Assembly (NCBI GenBank): GCA_050613775.1
Contig: JBODTK010000153.1
Location: 1-64,000, forward strand
DNA length: 64,000 bases
Direction: 5' to 3'
Source: Neocallimastix sp. 'constans'
Taxonomy: Eukaryota
Of this stretch, positions 63,415 through 64,000 are shown piece by piece. A model generated the notes under the pieces. The model was not told where the DNA came from and ran no database searches. It was given only the letters and a program-made list of their open reading frames with translations. Both the position numbers and the translations under genes were made by a program. The first letter of the stretch is position 1, and each line of letters starts with the position of its first letter.

Positions 63415-63815
63415 GAAATTTCCAGTTTTTACCCTGTTTTCTGGTGTAACTTACATATATATATGGTTTCTGGATCTAACTCACAACTACATTCTAAATT
63501 TATTATTAGGCATCCTCCCAGGATGTTTTTCTCTATAAATGAAGTAGATAAATTTGCTATACTATATAATTTTTAGTGCAGAGAAAACTTGATCTGTGAG
63601 AGGATTTGTAAAGTTGTTCCTCCTTTGATGATTAATCAAGAGATCACTGAAAAGAAGCCTATCGTATAAATCGATGTATAGGGAATGTCTTTCATCTTAA
63701 TCTTTCTTAGAGAGAGGTCCGAATCGATGCTGAAATGTATGGCAAAGAATCCAATGAGAGTTTAATGCATTCAAGAGAGACTGGAGTCCCTCTCATTAAT
63801 CCAAGTTAAAAAAAA
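63415..63815 (+). mobile_element. SINE-like element (family B), diverged, near full length
   Basis: Colinear with 37614-38000; 5' TTCCAGTTTTTACCCTG resembles TTCCAGGTTCTATCCTG at 22632; short A tail; candidate TSD TATTATTTCTT (63404-63414 / 63820-63830). Confidence 0.7.
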
Positions 63816-64000
63816 TAAATATTATTTCTTTTATTATTATTATTATTGTTGTTATTATTATTATTATTCTTTTTATTATAAATAAATAAATAAATATATA
63901 TTATTTAATATATATTTATATTAAATAATATTTCAAATGGAGTTCCCTTTTTTTTTTTTTTTTTTTTTTGATCTAAATTAAGCTTAATCATGGATTTATA

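Overview
Very AT-rich eukaryotic DNA with short GT-AG introns. The composition and gene families suggest an anaerobic gut fungus (Neocallimastigomycota); this is an inference. The first 22.6 kb is a nest of LTR retrotransposons. An outer tRNA-Ala-primed element (minus strand, -1 gag/ORF2 frameshift) is interrupted by a non-autonomous self-priming chromovirus. The LTR of that chromovirus carries a tRNA-like Pol III A-box/B-box. Its 3' LTR edge received three insertions: two distinct full-length Tf1-like chromoviruses in exactly the same 5-bp site (ACATG present three times), and probably a third element 17 bp inside the LTR. The rest of the window holds four SINE-like elements and a fragment, two non-autonomous copia-type elements with a PBS matching the tRNA-Lys(CUU) anticodon arm, and host genes. 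The host genes are a beta-helix/EGF/multi-TM receptor, an LRR gene remnant, a REEP/Yop1-like gene, PEX19, PRP18 and an 11-exon LUFS-Q-rich-WD40 (LEUNIG-architecture) gene. All alignments were made by eye and no searches were run.
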